In this document: positions 50,340 to 61,102 of the stretch, piece by piece
Layout: each line of letters opens with the position of its first letter
Numbering within the stretch: position 1 is the first letter of the stretch
Assembly: GCA_963668625.2 (NCBI GenBank)
Contig: CAXXKA010000008.1
Span: 1,216,001 to 1,280,000 of the forward strand
Source: an uncultured candidate division Zixibacteria bacterium
GTDB lineage: Bacteria > Zixibacteria > MSB-5A5 > UBA10806 > 4484-95
Direction of reading: 5' to 3'
Length of the DNA stretch: 64,000 nt
The notes under the pieces: generated by a model
The model's input: the letters and a program-made list of their open reading frames with translations, nothing else
Databases searched by the model: none
What the model was told of the DNA's origin: nothing
Position numbers and translations under genes: made by a program

Positions 50340-51691
50340 ACGAATTTAAAGGTAAAAAGATCAGCATCATCGGGGCCGCCAGGTCGGGATTGGCCTCGGC
50401 TATTGCCTTGAAACAACTGGGCGCAGTACCGTTTTTATCCGAAAGCAAGCCTAAAGAGCAGTTTATGGAGGCGGTCGAGTCACTCGATAAGCACCAGATC
50501 GATTCCGAGTTCGGCAAGCATACCGGCCGCGTGTTCGATTGCGAGTACATGGTTACAAGCCCGGGGGTACCCTCAACCAGCGAGGTTTTAGTCCACGCCG
50601 GAAAGTCGGGTATCGATATCATCTCCGAACTGGAGCTGGGCTACCGGATGTGCAAAGGCAAAGTGCTGGCAATTACCGGTTCCAACGGTAAAACCACGAC
50701 GACCTCGCTTATCGGCGAAATATTCAAACACTCCGCTATCAAGGGCGAGGTAGCAGGTAATATCGGCAGGCCGTTTACCGAGGTGGCCGGAACCCTGTCT
50801 GAAAACGATTGGGCGATACTCGAGGTATCGACATTCCAACTCGAATGGATCGATAAATTCAAGCCACAGGTAGCAACCGTACTAAATATCACTCCCGATC
50901 ACTTAGACCGTCACGGCAGCATGGAAAACTATATCTACCTGAAATTGCGCGTGTTTGCCAACCAGAACGGTACCAATAAATCGGTTCTCAATTATGATGA
51001 TGAAGTATTACGAAAATTCGAGTCGCTTTCCGAAGCCTGGACTTTTTCGACTAAGACGAAAGTCCGTAATGGTTGTTATATCGATGGCGACTGGTTGGTT
51101 TTGAGTAATGGTGATAATAAAAAGAATATTATTAAAATCGATGATATCGGCATCAAAGGGCCTCACAATCTTTCCAATGCTTGCGCAGCGGTCTCGTGCT
51201 GCGTGGCGGCGGGTGTCGATCTCGAATATATCGCGAAAGGTTTGCGCTCCTTCGCAGGTGTGGAACATCGGCTGGAACGAGTGGCGCTTATCGGAGGGGT
51301 AAGCTTCATTAACGATTCCAAAGCCACCAATGTGGACGCTGTTTTTTGGGCGCTCCAGTCGGTGTCTTCACCTGTGATATTGATAGCCGGAGGTCGCGAT
51401 AAGGACAGTGATTTCAGCACGCTTCGTGATTTGATTAAAGAGAAAGTTGCGACGCTGGTGTTAATTGGTGAGGCCTCGGACAAAATCGAAAGCGCTTATG
51501 ACGGGCTCACGGAAATTTGTCGTGCCGATTCGATGCAGGACGCCGTCAGGTTATCGTACGAGAAATCCGGATCGAACGGCACGGTGTTATTGTCACCGGC
51601 CTGTACGAGTTTCGATATGTTCAAAAACTACGAGCATCGCGGCGAGGTATTCAAACAAGCCGTAAACATGCTGGCAAAGGAGAAATCTTGA
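50336..51691 (+). CDS. murD: UDP-MurNAc-L-Ala--D-glutamate ligase
   Basis: [51 protein letters not shown]. Confidence 0.97.
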   Translation: MNEFKGKKISIIGAARSGLASAIALKQLGAVPFLSESKPKEQFMEAVESLDKHQIDSEFGKHTGRVFDCEYMVTSPGVPSTSEVLVHAGKSGIDIISELELGYRMCKGKVLAITGSNGKTTTTSLIGEIFKHSAIKGEVAGNIGRPFTEVAGTLSENDWAILEVSTFQLEWIDKFKPQVATVLNITPDHLDRHGSMENYIYLKLRVFANQNGTNKSVLNYDDEVLRKFESLSEAWTFSTKTKVRNGCYIDGDWLVLSNGDNKKNIIKIDDIGIKGPHNLSNACAAVSCCVAAGVDLEYIAKGLRSFAGVEHRLERVALIGGVSFINDSKATNVDAVFWALQSVSSPVILIAGGRDKDSDFSTLRDLIKEKVATLVLIGEASDKIESAYDGLTEICRADSMQDAVRLSYEKSGSNGTVLLSPACTSFDMFKNYEHRGEVFKQAVNMLAKEKS

Positions 51692-52827
51692 ACATCCTGA
51701 GACATCCCGAAAAAGCCATACAGATTTCGGTGGCGCTGTTAGTCGCGCTCAGCCTGATTTTCATCTACAGCGTATCCGGACCCTACAGTCAGCAGAATAA
51801 CTTGCCCTCGTGGTATTATTTCGTCAGGCAGCTTGCCTGGTCGGTAGTGGCTATCGTCGCCATGATCGTATTATCCTCTATGGATTATCGTAAATATATA
51901 AAGCTATCGCCGTTTTTGATGTTTATCGCGTTCGCGTTTTTAATCGCGTTATTTTTCACTACTACCAAGATGAACGTGCAACGTTGGATATATCTGGGAT
52001 TCATGAGTTTCCAGCCCTCGGAGGTTTTTAAAATAACTCTTGTGATGTACCTGGCGTTCATGCTGGTCGACAACAAGGGTAAACCGAAAAATATAAAACG
52101 AATGATACCTCATATTATAATTTCCGCTATCGGTTTAATGATGATTATTAAGCAGCCCGACCTGGGAACGACCATGCTGGTGTTTTCGGTGACGGCCACG
52201 ATATTGTTCCTTGCCGGATTGAAACTCAGATACCTGCTGGCGGCGGGATTGGTTATATCATTAGTCGCCGGCGTGATAGTATTCGGTTTAGGATACGAGA
52301 AAGATCGCATCGATGACTACATCGCCTGCCTGCAAGATCCGTTGGGTGAGTCACCTGATGCGCAGTTGACCAACGGCTACTACCAGAGCCGCCAATCGCT
52401 GGTAAGTATCGGTTCTGGCGGTCTGATCGGTCGAGGATTAGGCGGTGGCGGCCAGAAAAACCTGTTTCTACCGGCCCCGCATACCGATTTCATATTTTCG
52501 GCCTCGGCTGAGGAGGGAGGATTCGTTCTCTGTGTAGCCGTGCTGGCGTTACTGACTATATTCGGTTTTGCTTCCCTGAAAGTGGCGGCCAACACCGGGG
52601 ACCTTCGCGGTTTCCTGCTGGTTTCGGGTTTGACTGTGATGATAGTATTTCAAGCGATAATGAATATCGGAGTGGCCCTGGGGTTGTTCCCTATAACGGG
52701 CATTACTCTGCCGTTTTTCAGCTACGGCGGATCATCCCTGGTGATTAGCTGTGCGGCGGTCGGCATTATCCTGTCGGTCGCTCGCTACGGTTCGATGCCG
52801 GTTACGCGTTACGTGAGGACCAGATGA
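51688..52827 (+). CDS. ftsW: SEDS peptidoglycan glycosyltransferase FtsW
   Basis: RWI, FQPSE..K, QPDLG, YQ..QS....GSGG..G.G, P.PHTDFIF, P.TG.TLPF.SYGGSS. TTG start overlapping the murD stop is inferred. Confidence 0.94.
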   Translation: MNILRHPEKAIQISVALLVALSLIFIYSVSGPYSQQNNLPSWYYFVRQLAWSVVAIVAMIVLSSMDYRKYIKLSPFLMFIAFAFLIALFFTTTKMNVQRWIYLGFMSFQPSEVFKITLVMYLAFMLVDNKGKPKNIKRMIPHIIISAIGLMMIIKQPDLGTTMLVFSVTATILFLAGLKLRYLLAAGLVISLVAGVIVFGLGYEKDRIDDYIACLQDPLGESPDAQLTNGYYQSRQSLVSIGSGGLIGRGLGGGGQKNLFLPAPHTDFIFSASAEEGGFVLCVAVLALLTIFGFASLKVAANTGDLRGFLLVSGLTVMIVFQAIMNIGVALGLFPITGITLPFFSYGGSSLVISCAAVGIILSVARYGSMPVTRYVRTR

Positions 52828-53909
52828 GGATATTATTTGCCGGTGGCGGAACCGGCGGGCATCTCATACCGGCGATCAATATCGCCCTGAAGCTTCGTGA
52901 TAAGCTGACCGACGCCGAGTTTCTATTCGTCGGTATAAAAGGCGGCATCGAAAGGGATATCGTAGAGAAAAACGGATTCAGGATAGAGGAGATAGAGGTT
53001 GTCGGCTTGAAACGTAACCTTGGCGGCATGATGGATTTTTCCAAGAAGATAATGCGCGCATTTTCGCAGGCCGATAAGGTCGTGCGTGGTTTCGGCCCGG
53101 AGGTGGTAGTTGGCACCGGAGGTTATCTTTCCGCACCGGTGGTGATGGCCGCTAAGAGACGGCGGGCACGAGTAGTGATCCAGGAGCAAAATATTTTTCC
53201 CGGATTGGCAACGCGGTTCCTTTCCCGTTTCGCCGATAGAATTTGTGTCGCATTTGACGGTTCCAAAAGATACCTCAAAGGCGTAAGAAATATCGTGGTA
53301 ACCGGCAACCCGCTGCGCAACGATCTTGTTCTACCGAAGGGGAACGGTTACTTGAATGATTTCGGCTTGAAGCACGGTAAGAAAGTACTGTTCATAACCG
53401 GCGGCAGCCTGGGGGCCAAGTCAATCAATGATGGCATCACACGTTTCATAAAGGATGGCAATCTATCGGATGACTGGCAGGTGCTCTGGCAGACCGGTGT
53501 AACCAAGTATGATGATGTGTTAAAAGGTATGGAGGGGATCGATCACACCGGTGTTATCGTTCCGTTTATTGATAATATGCCGGTAGCTTACGCCGTGGCC
53601 GATTTGATGCTGTGTCGGGCGGGAGCGATGACTTTATCTGAACTTCTGGTGCTGGGAATGCCGGCGCTTTTAGTGCCGTATCCTCACGCCACCGCGAATC
53701 ATCAGATGAAAAACGCGATGGATCTGAAGAACAAAGAGGCGGTCGAGGTGATCGCGGATGACCAATTACAAACCGAGAGGTTCACCAGAATGCTTTCGGG
53801 GCTATTGCAGGATAGCGCCCGCCGCCAGAAATTGATGACTAATTCCAAACTACTGGGAAATGATAAGGGCGCTGAGATAATCAGCGAGGAGATAATCAGC
53901 CTGATATGA
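52824..53909 (+). CDS. murG: Undecaprenyl-PP-MurNAc-pentapeptide GlcNAc transferase
   Basis: GGGTGGH, GTGGY, EQN..PG, GNPLR, GGSLGA, RAGA.T..E, HQ.KNA. Confidence 0.97.
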   Translation: MRILFAGGGTGGHLIPAINIALKLRDKLTDAEFLFVGIKGGIERDIVEKNGFRIEEIEVVGLKRNLGGMMDFSKKIMRAFSQADKVVRGFGPEVVVGTGGYLSAPVVMAAKRRRARVVIQEQNIFPGLATRFLSRFADRICVAFDGSKRYLKGVRNIVVTGNPLRNDLVLPKGNGYLNDFGLKHGKKVLFITGGSLGAKSINDGITRFIKDGNLSDDWQVLWQTGVTKYDDVLKGMEGIDHTGVIVPFIDNMPVAYAVADLMLCRAGAMTLSELLVLGMPALLVPYPHATANHQMKNAMDLKNKEAVEVIADDQLQTERFTRMLSGLLQDSARRQKLMTNSKLLGNDKGAEIISEEIISLI

Positions 53910-55279
53910 AATTCAAACGAATAAAGAAACTTCACTTTATAGGCATCGGTGGCACCGGTATGTGTGGAATCGCCGAGGTATTGCATAACCTGGGATACAC
54001 TATTACCGGGTCGGATTTGAAGCAAACCGAGGTCACCGACTACCTGTCTAAACTCGGTATGAAAATAACGTACGAACATAAACCGGAAAACATTCACGGC
54101 GCGGATGTCGTGGTTTATTCCTCGGCGGTGAAAGGTGAAAATCCCGAGCTTAACGAGGCCGGTGTTCAGAAAATAGCCGCAATATCACGGGCGGAGATGC
54201 TGGCCGAGCTTATGCGGATGAAATTCTCCGTGGCGGTCGCCGGCACGCATGGCAAAACCACTACCACCTCGCTGGTGGGGCACGTACTCAACAAAGTAGG
54301 ATTCGATCCGACTGTAATTGTCGGTGGCCGCGTACTGGGTGTTGGCACCAATGCTTATGTCGGCAAGGGCGACTATATCGTCATCGAGGCCGATGAGTTC
54401 GATCGCTCGCTATTGCGATTCTATCCGACGGTTTCGATTATCACCTCGATAGAACCCGAGCACATGGAATGCTATGCCGATTTCGATGATTTGCAAAACT
54501 GTTTCGTGGAATTCGCCAACCGGGTACCTTTTTACGGAAGTATAATCTATTGCCTGGATGACCCGACTCTTCAGCAAATAAGAACACGGTTCACCCGTCC
54601 CAGCTTATCCTATGGATTTTCCCGTCATGCCGATTTGTGGGCAACCGATCTCGTCCCTTCGATAGAGGGCACGGAGTTCACCTGCAGGTCCAACGGTAAC
54701 ATTCTGGGGAAAGCGTTCGTACCTTTGCTCGGCAAACATAACGTGTTAAACGCCATGGCCGCGTTAACGGCAGCTCTCGACCTGGAGGTCCCGTTCGAGA
54801 AAGCGGCCGAGGCTTTAAAATCATTCCCGGGTGTCGGTCGACGTCTGGAGTTGGCCGGGCAGGTTGATGGGATAAGAGTTTACGATGACTACGCGCATCA
54901 CCCCACGGAAATTAAGGCGACTCTGGAGGGAATTCGTCATAGTTTTCAGGGTAGGATCACGGCGGTGTTTCAACCGCATTTGTATTCACGCACGCAGAAT
55001 TTCGTTAACGAGTTCGGCACCGCTTTTTTCGATTCGGACATGCTGGTGGTAACCAAAATATTCCCTGCTCGCGAAAAACCGATCGAGGGGGTAACCGGCA
55101 AGATCGTAGCGGAGGCCGCTCAACGCTCGGGACACAAGAGGGTGGAGTTCATCGAAAATAAGGATGATATACCATCGTTCCTGAAAAACAGTATCAAAAG
55201 CGGGGATATCGTGGTAGTGTTCGGAGCCGGTGATATTTACCGGTTGACGCCGAAAATTTTAAAAGAGCTCGAGAGATGA
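53906..55279 (+). CDS. murC: UDP-MurNAc--L-alanine ligase
   Basis: HFIGIGG.GM, RAEMLAELM, GTHGKTTTT, EADE.D, DDYAHHPTEI, FQPH.YSRT. Confidence 0.97.
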   Translation: MKFKRIKKLHFIGIGGTGMCGIAEVLHNLGYTITGSDLKQTEVTDYLSKLGMKITYEHKPENIHGADVVVYSSAVKGENPELNEAGVQKIAAISRAEMLAELMRMKFSVAVAGTHGKTTTTSLVGHVLNKVGFDPTVIVGGRVLGVGTNAYVGKGDYIVIEADEFDRSLLRFYPTVSIITSIEPEHMECYADFDDLQNCFVEFANRVPFYGSIIYCLDDPTLQQIRTRFTRPSLSYGFSRHADLWATDLVPSIEGTEFTCRSNGNILGKAFVPLLGKHNVLNAMAALTAALDLEVPFEKAAEALKSFPGVGRRLELAGQVDGIRVYDDYAHHPTEIKATLEGIRHSFQGRITAVFQPHLYSRTQNFVNEFGTAFFDSDMLVVTKIFPAREKPIEGVTGKIVAEAAQRSGHKRVEFIENKDDIPSFLKNSIKSGDIVVVFGAGDIYRLTPKILKELER

Positions 55280-55980
55280 AAAGAGTAATCGGAGCGATAA
55301 TAGTCGTGGCGCTTTCGTTTATCACGGCCAGGTATGCTTATATTAAAACCGGCGATCTAGCTTGGTTCAAGCTCTCCGAGGTGGAGATAGATTGCCCGGA
55401 GTTTCTCGACAGGGAGCAGGTGATGGAAAGGTCCAACCTCGAACTGGGTGAATCGATATTCGACCAGGATTTTGCCTCGGCCGCGGATTCGCTTGTGACC
55501 CTGCCGGGTATAGAGGCGGTGAGTATCGAGCGCAAACTGCCCTCGGGCGTGAAACTTCAGTTGCACCCCGACCAGGTGGTGTTATTCGTCAGAACCGATA
55601 AAATATACGGTCTCACCCGGAGATTGAAAACTATCGAGGTGAGCAGAAAGGATAAAGTATTACCGGTGGTGACCGGATTATCCAACCGTAACAGCAAGAA
55701 ATACGATAATAAGGTTAACCTGTGCTACGCGCTTTCTCTCTTTGATGAGTTGAGCACGCTTTCGAGAAATTTATCGAACAGGCTTTCGGAGATACATTTT
55801 AAAAACAGTGAATTAGTCGAGTTGTATTTCGACCCGGGAGGTGTCAGGATTTTGATGTCATTGCGTAATTACAGGAAATCATTATCCAGGCTCGTAGTAA
55901 TCGATAACAGGGGGTTATTGGGAAACTCCGGATCGTTTGATATGACCGCCGGCAAGATGGTGGTGAAAGGCGGGGTGTGA
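55276..55980 (+). CDS. ftsQ: Cell division protein FtsQ/DivIB
   Basis: N-terminal TM plus a POTRA-like segment (..RKLPS..). Located before ftsA. Confidence 0.75.
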   Translation: MKRVIGAIIVVALSFITARYAYIKTGDLAWFKLSEVEIDCPEFLDREQVMERSNLELGESIFDQDFASAADSLVTLPGIEAVSIERKLPSGVKLQLHPDQVVLFVRTDKIYGLTRRLKTIEVSRKDKVLPVVTGLSNRNSKKYDNKVNLCYALSLFDELSTLSRNLSNRLSEIHFKNSELVELYFDPGGVRILMSLRNYRKSLSRLVVIDNRGLLGNSGSFDMTAGKMVVKGGV

Positions 55981-55981
55981 T

Positions 55982-57211
55982 ATGGCAAAAGAAAATATAG
56001 TAGTAGGTTTAGATATAGGTAGCACCAAGATAGCCGTGGCCGTGGCAACACCGGCCGAGGACGGCGGATTCAAGCTGCTGGGAATCGGCGCGACTCCCTC
56101 GGAGGGATTGAAACGCGGCGTGGTGGTCGATATCGAGAAAGTTGTTCATTCGATACATACCGCCGTTGCCGATGCCGAGATGATCTCAGGCAGCAAGATC
56201 GATTCGGTGTATGCCGGTATCGCGGGTGAGCATATTAAAAGCATAAACAGTCGCGGAGTAATCGCCATAGGCAAAGGCAACTCCGAGATAACTCATTCGG
56301 ATGTCGACAGGGTGATCGAGGCCGCCCGGGCGGTGGCTATTCCCGCCGACAGGGAGATCATCCATGTGTTACCGCAGGAGTTCACTGTCGATGACCAGGG
56401 CGGCGTAACCGACCCGGTTGGTATGATCGGTATGCGCCTAGAGGTGAACGTTCATATAGTGACAGGCTCGACCGCCTCGGTGACTAATGTTGTAAAAGCG
56501 ATAGAGAAGGCCGATTTGGCCGTGGAGGAACTGGTGCTAAGCCCGTTCTCGGCGGCATATGCGGTATTGAACGAGGATGAGCGCGAGCTGGGATGCGTAT
56601 TGGTAGACCTGGGCGCGGGTACCACCGATGTAGCGGCGTTTCTCGATGGTTCGATAAAGCACACGGCGGTGCTGGGTATCGGCGGCAAGAATGTCACCAA
56701 CGATATCGCTATCGGCCTGCGTACGCCTCTCGAACAGGCGGAACGTCTGAAATGCCTTCATGGCAGTTCACTCGTTTCGATGGTCGATTCGAGTGAGATG
56801 ATTATCGTGCCGGGAGTCGGTGGTCGTGAATCCAAAGAGGTATCGCGTTCGGTGTTGGCGGCGATAATCGAGCCGCGAGCGGAGGAGATCTTCTCGCTGG
56901 TAGCGCGCGAGTTGAAAAAAGCCAACCTGGCCGAATCAATGGCCTCCGGCGTAATAATTACCGGAGGTGGATCGAAATTAACAGGCGTTGCCGAACTGGC
57001 CGAGCAGATATTCGATCTGCCCGCGAAACTGGCCGCGCCGTCATATACAATCGAGGAAAGCAATGAGAAAATCGGACCTGAATTCGCGGCCGCTATCGGG
57101 CTGGTCCGCTATGGTATTCAGTTCGAACAGCAGGCCGGCGGCAAGAAAAGCAGACGGTCGGGTTCCAAGTTTTTCGAGAAGATTAAAAATATATTTTCAG
57201 AATACTTTTAA
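55982..57211 (+). CDS. ftsA: Cell division protein FtsA
   Basis: [40 protein letters not shown]-terminal amphipathic helix. Confidence 0.97.
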   Translation: MAKENIVVGLDIGSTKIAVAVATPAEDGGFKLLGIGATPSEGLKRGVVVDIEKVVHSIHTAVADAEMISGSKIDSVYAGIAGEHIKSINSRGVIAIGKGNSEITHSDVDRVIEAARAVAIPADREIIHVLPQEFTVDDQGGVTDPVGMIGMRLEVNVHIVTGSTASVTNVVKAIEKADLAVEELVLSPFSAAYAVLNEDERELGCVLVDLGAGTTDVAAFLDGSIKHTAVLGIGGKNVTNDIAIGLRTPLEQAERLKCLHGSSLVSMVDSSEMIIVPGVGGRESKEVSRSVLAAIIEPRAEEIFSLVARELKKANLAESMASGVIITGGGSKLTGVAELAEQIFDLPAKLAAPSYTIEESNEKIGPEFAAAIGLVRYGIQFEQQAGGKKSRRSGSKFFEKIKNIFSEYF

Positions 57212-57243
57212 CCTCCTCATGGAGGGGTAGGAGGGAAGCAGCC

Positions 57244-58446
57244 GTGATCGAGTACGACGTTGAAAGCGAAACCTATGCCAAGATGAAAGTCGTTGGTGTC
57301 GGCGGCGCCGGCGGCAACGCAGTTAACCGCATGATCGAATCAGGCCTGGTGGGCGTGAAATTTATCGCCATCAATACGGATAACCAGGCGCTGGAGTACA
57401 ACAAAGCCGAATCGATAGTTCAGATCGGCAAGAAACTTACCAAAGGATTGGGCGCGGGAGCAAACCCGGATGTCGGGCAATCCGCCGCCGAGGAGGATAT
57501 CGACTGTATCAAGAAATCCGTCGCCGGTGCGGATATGGTCTTTGTCACCTGCGGTATGGGTGGAGGTACCGGTACCGGGGCTATCTCGGTGGTTGCCCAG
57601 GCCGCTAAAGAATTAGGCGCGCTGACAGTAGGTATTGTCACCAAGCCGTTTGTTTTCGAGGGTTCGCAGCGTATGAAGAAAGCTGAGGCGGGTATAAAAC
57701 GCCTGCGTGAGGCTGTCGATACGCTGATCGTTATACCCAACCAACGACTATTGCAAATCCTCGATCCGGGAACGCCGTTTACCGAATCGTTCCACAAAGC
57801 CGATGAGGTGCTGTATTCGGCCACGAAGGGTATCGCCGATTTGATAACTCGTCATGGCCTGATCAACCTCGATTTCGCCGATGTGCGTACGGTCATGTCG
57901 GAAAAAGGCGAGGCATTAATGGGCACCGGGTTCGGAGCCGGCGAGAGTGGAGCGGAGCTGGCCGCCAAGATGGCTATCAGTTCACCGCTTCTCGAGGATA
58001 TCGATATCTCCGGCGCCAAGGGCGTGCTGGTGAATATTACCGGCGGCAAAAACATGACTATCATGAATGTCAACGATTCCATGGAGGCGGTTTATGCCGC
58101 GGTTGGCGGGGATGCCAATATTATATTCGGCGCCGTGATCGACAACAATCTCGATGACGAGATATTCGTGACCGTTATCGCTACCGGGTTCGGCAATAAA
58201 GATGACATGCTCGGAAAGGAAGTTATCCCCGGTTCGTTGTTCAATGAGGGGGGGGATGACGGTGGATTACGTCCGCCTGCGCCGCGTAAACGACCCCAAC
58301 AGGGCGATGAGCGACGGATTTACAAAGAGATCATGCATCGCGAGTACGAGCCTAAAAATATCGACAGGCCCGCGTTCGAACGTTACCGCGGTGGTAGTGA
58401 TGATGACGATGATGATAAGGGCTGGAGTCAGGACGATTTGATTTAA
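57244..58446 (+). CDS. ftsZ: Cell division protein FtsZ
   Basis: [52 protein letters not shown]-terminal D.PAF.R. Confidence 0.98.
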   Translation: MIEYDVESETYAKMKVVGVGGAGGNAVNRMIESGLVGVKFIAINTDNQALEYNKAESIVQIGKKLTKGLGAGANPDVGQSAAEEDIDCIKKSVAGADMVFVTCGMGGGTGTGAISVVAQAAKELGALTVGIVTKPFVFEGSQRMKKAEAGIKRLREAVDTLIVIPNQRLLQILDPGTPFTESFHKADEVLYSATKGIADLITRHGLINLDFADVRTVMSEKGEALMGTGFGAGESGAELAAKMAISSPLLEDIDISGAKGVLVNITGGKNMTIMNVNDSMEAVYAAVGGDANIIFGAVIDNNLDDEIFVTVIATGFGNKDDMLGKEVIPGSLFNEGGDDGGLRPPAPRKRPQQGDERRIYKEIMHREYEPKNIDRPAFERYRGGSDDDDDDKGWSQDDLI

Positions 58447-58474
58447 AAATTCTGTTTAACTGATATTCTCGGGT

Positions 58475-58535
58475 AAAGTCTCCGTAGATATGTAGTGTTA
58501 GCGACGGCGCTGCTATTTGCGGAGACTTTTTGTTT
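58475..58535 (+). terminator. Long hairpin / terminator after ftsZ (possibly bidirectional)
   Basis: aaagtctccgtagata/tatttgcggagacttt stem followed by a T-run, between convergent genes. Confidence 0.75.
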
Positions 58536-58601
58536 ATGTTTTCGCGATCTTGTATAGTTTCAAGATTCCAATGAAATAAACAATATAAATATTACACCAG
58601 T

Positions 58602-60836
58602 TTAAGTACCGATCATTTCTTTAGACTTCTTTTTAACCCTGTCAAGTTCGTTTCTGACAGAGATAGCCAGCGATCTCAATGTCAACGGTTTTCTGATATA
58701 AGAGCCGACTCCCAATTCGAGCGCCTCTTTGACCTGGTCGTTCTCGCTGTATCCCGAAACAATTATAGCTTTCTGACCGGGACGAATCTCAATCGCTTTT
58801 CTATATGTCTGGGTACCGTTTAAATCCCCCGGCATGATCATATCCAGTATTAATAAATCATACGATTCTCTCTGTAATAGATCAATTGCTTTGCGCCCGC
58901 TGTCTACGGCTATAACTTCATATCCCAGATCATCCAGGAGCTTGGATGTAACATCCCGCTGTATCGAATCATCATCCACGACAAGAATACTTTCATTTCC
59001 GCCGACGATCTCCAATTCGGTTTCGTATATCACCTGTTCACGAGTAATGGGGAAATAGAGTATGAAAGTAGTCCCTTTACCTTGATCGGTGATAAGATCG
59101 ACGTAGCCGTTATGATCTTCCATGATGGAATGCACTACTGTAAGTCCCAATCCCGAGCCCTTATTTTTATCCGATATCTTTGTCGTGAAGAACGGATCGA
59201 ATATTCTGGGCAATACGTTTTCGGGGATTCCCGGGCCGGTATCGGAGATCGTGATTTTTACGTATTCGCCTTTGGGTATTTTTTGATTGAAACCGCCAAT
59301 GGTATCTTTATAATTGTTTTCGGAAACGACCCTGATTATTCCTGCCTCCGGTATCGACTCGATGGCGTTCGATAACAAGTTCTGAAGTATGCGAAGGATT
59401 TGAGCCGCGCCGCCCTTTATTGCCATAAGGTTATCTGCCAGGGTGGCCTTTATGAGTATATGTTCGGGAATAGGTTTCAGGCTTTCGATCACCTGGTTTA
59501 GGATATCGTTAAGGTTTATTGGCAGAAGATTATAATGGCCTCGCCGGCTTAATGTCAGTAACTGTTGGTTTATCTCGGCGATGTTTCCCGCTGACATCTC
59601 GATTTTATCGATGTATTGTCTTGCCGGATTGGTGTCATCTATGTGTTTCCTTATTAACTCGGGGTAAGCCATCAGTGGGCCGAGCAGATTATTGAAATCA
59701 TGCGCCACCTGCCCGGCAATTCGACCGGCTACTTCCAGACGTTGGGCGCGACCGGATAAATCCTGAAGTCTTTTCTTCTCGGTTATATCGATAGCGATAC
59801 CGCGAATACCGTTTGCGATATTATTCTGAAATATGGGATTCGTGTAGACGCTCACCGTAGCGCTCTGACCGCTCTTCTTTACCAGTTTATATTCGTTATT
59901 CTCGGATTCGACACCTTTAAATATCTGTTTGATTCTCTGGGCAATGCGGGAATTGTCTTCGGGATTGAATAATTTCGAGAAATGTAATTTATTTTCGATA
60001 TCTTTTTCGGTATAGCCGGTGAAATTGAAAGCAAACTTGTTGGCATAGGTGAAATACCCCTGAGTATCGATCTCGAAAATCATCTGAGGCAGCAAATTCG
60101 CGAGATTTTTAAACCGTCTCTGGCTTTTTCGGAGCTGGCACTCGGCTTCCTCTCGATGCATCCTGGCATTAATACTTTGCTTGATTAGAAATACTTGTAA
60201 TATTAACACCAGGAATAAAATACCGGCGGAAAATACCAGTACTCGTTTCTGTATCGCGGCAATCTCGGCTTCTACATCATCTATATAAATGCCCGATCCG
60301 ATTATCCATCCCCAGGGTTTGAATATTTTTACGAATGATATTTTCGGGACTACCCTGGTTGAATCATCTTTCCATTGCCACATATAGTCGATATAGCCTT
60401 CATCATGAGCTTTTACCGTTTTAACGGACTCCACGAATAACTTTTTGCCGTGAGGGTCCATATAGTTAGATAGATCTTTACCATTAAGGTCGGTTCTATA
60501 GGGATGTACAATCATTGTTGGATGTAAATCGTTTATCCATATATAATCTTTCATATCCTCGCCATAGCGAATGAATTTTATATGGTCGATGAATTCCTGT
60601 TGGGCTTCCTCAAGCGTTGCGGTTCCGTTCTCTACGAGACTGTTATGGTAAACCATGTCATTCCAGGTAGCGTAAATGATATTTCTGATTGCCTCTTTTT
60701 TTTTATCCATTATACTTTCTTTGATCGATGGCAATACTATCGAATAGAAAGAACTGATGAATAAAATTATACTCAATGTTGCAGGTAAGATAATATAAAG
60801 GAATTCCGCCCTGGTGAATTTGCTGAATTTTTCCAT
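58602..60836 (-). CDS. Hybrid sensor histidine kinase (sCache_2 - PAS - HisKA - HATPase - receiver)
   Basis: RYG...DYIWI..HP, Y.WQ, PWGWIIGSGIY Cache motifs. AHDFNNLL, N-box, DTG.GI, FDPFFTTK, G.GLGL, VVDDD, LDMIMPG, KP. Confidence 0.92.
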   Translation of the reverse strand: MEKFSKFTRAEFLYIILPATLSIILFISSFYSIVLPSIKESIMDKKKEAIRNIIYATWNDMVYHNSLVENGTATLEEAQQEFIDHIKFIRYGEDMKDYIWINDLHPTMIVHPYRTDLNGKDLSNYMDPHGKKLFVESVKTVKAHDEGYIDYMWQWKDDSTRVVPKISFVKIFKPWGWIIGSGIYIDDVEAEIAAIQKRVLVFSAGILFLVLILQVFLIKQSINARMHREEAECQLRKSQRRFKNLANLLPQMIFEIDTQGYFTYANKFAFNFTGYTEKDIENKLHFSKLFNPEDNSRIAQRIKQIFKGVESENNEYKLVKKSGQSATVSVYTNPIFQNNIANGIRGIAIDITEKKRLQDLSGRAQRLEVAGRIAGQVAHDFNNLLGPLMAYPELIRKHIDDTNPARQYIDKIEMSAGNIAEINQQLLTLSRRGHYNLLPINLNDILNQVIESLKPIPEHILIKATLADNLMAIKGGAAQILRILQNLLSNAIESIPEAGIIRVVSENNYKDTIGGFNQKIPKGEYVKITISDTGPGIPENVLPRIFDPFFTTKISDKNKGSGLGLTVVHSIMEDHNGYVDLITDQGKGTTFILYFPITREQVIYETELEIVGGNESILVVDDDSIQRDVTSKLLDDLGYEVIAVDSGRKAIDLLQRESYDLLILDMIMPGDLNGTQTYRKAIEIRPGQKAIIVSGYSENDQVKEALELGVGSYIRKPLTLRSLAISVRNELDRVKKKSKEMIGT

Positions 60837-61102
60837 TGAAATTAGTATTACCCCCGCTTTTGATGCAATCTTTTATATATCATTCATCCGGTAAAACGAA
60901 AAACAATACCCCCGAAGAATCCATTATATTTTTCGGTGTATTTATTTGACACTTAAACGTCGAACTTAGATATCGTTTGAAAAAGAAATGAATTAGTGCA
61001 TCATATTGATTTTATTGACTGATAGGTAAATAACAATGAATGAGAATGCTAATTATCTGATAATCGAATTACAGTATTTATTAAAATCTGGACTAATTAT
61101 TA

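Noticed and set aside
51517-51687. N-terminal extensions given by the ORF track for ftsW (also mraY 49182, mraZ 42672, DUF58 6628)
   Set aside because: They overlap upstream genes or promoters. Downstream starts with stop/start coupling or an SD fit better.
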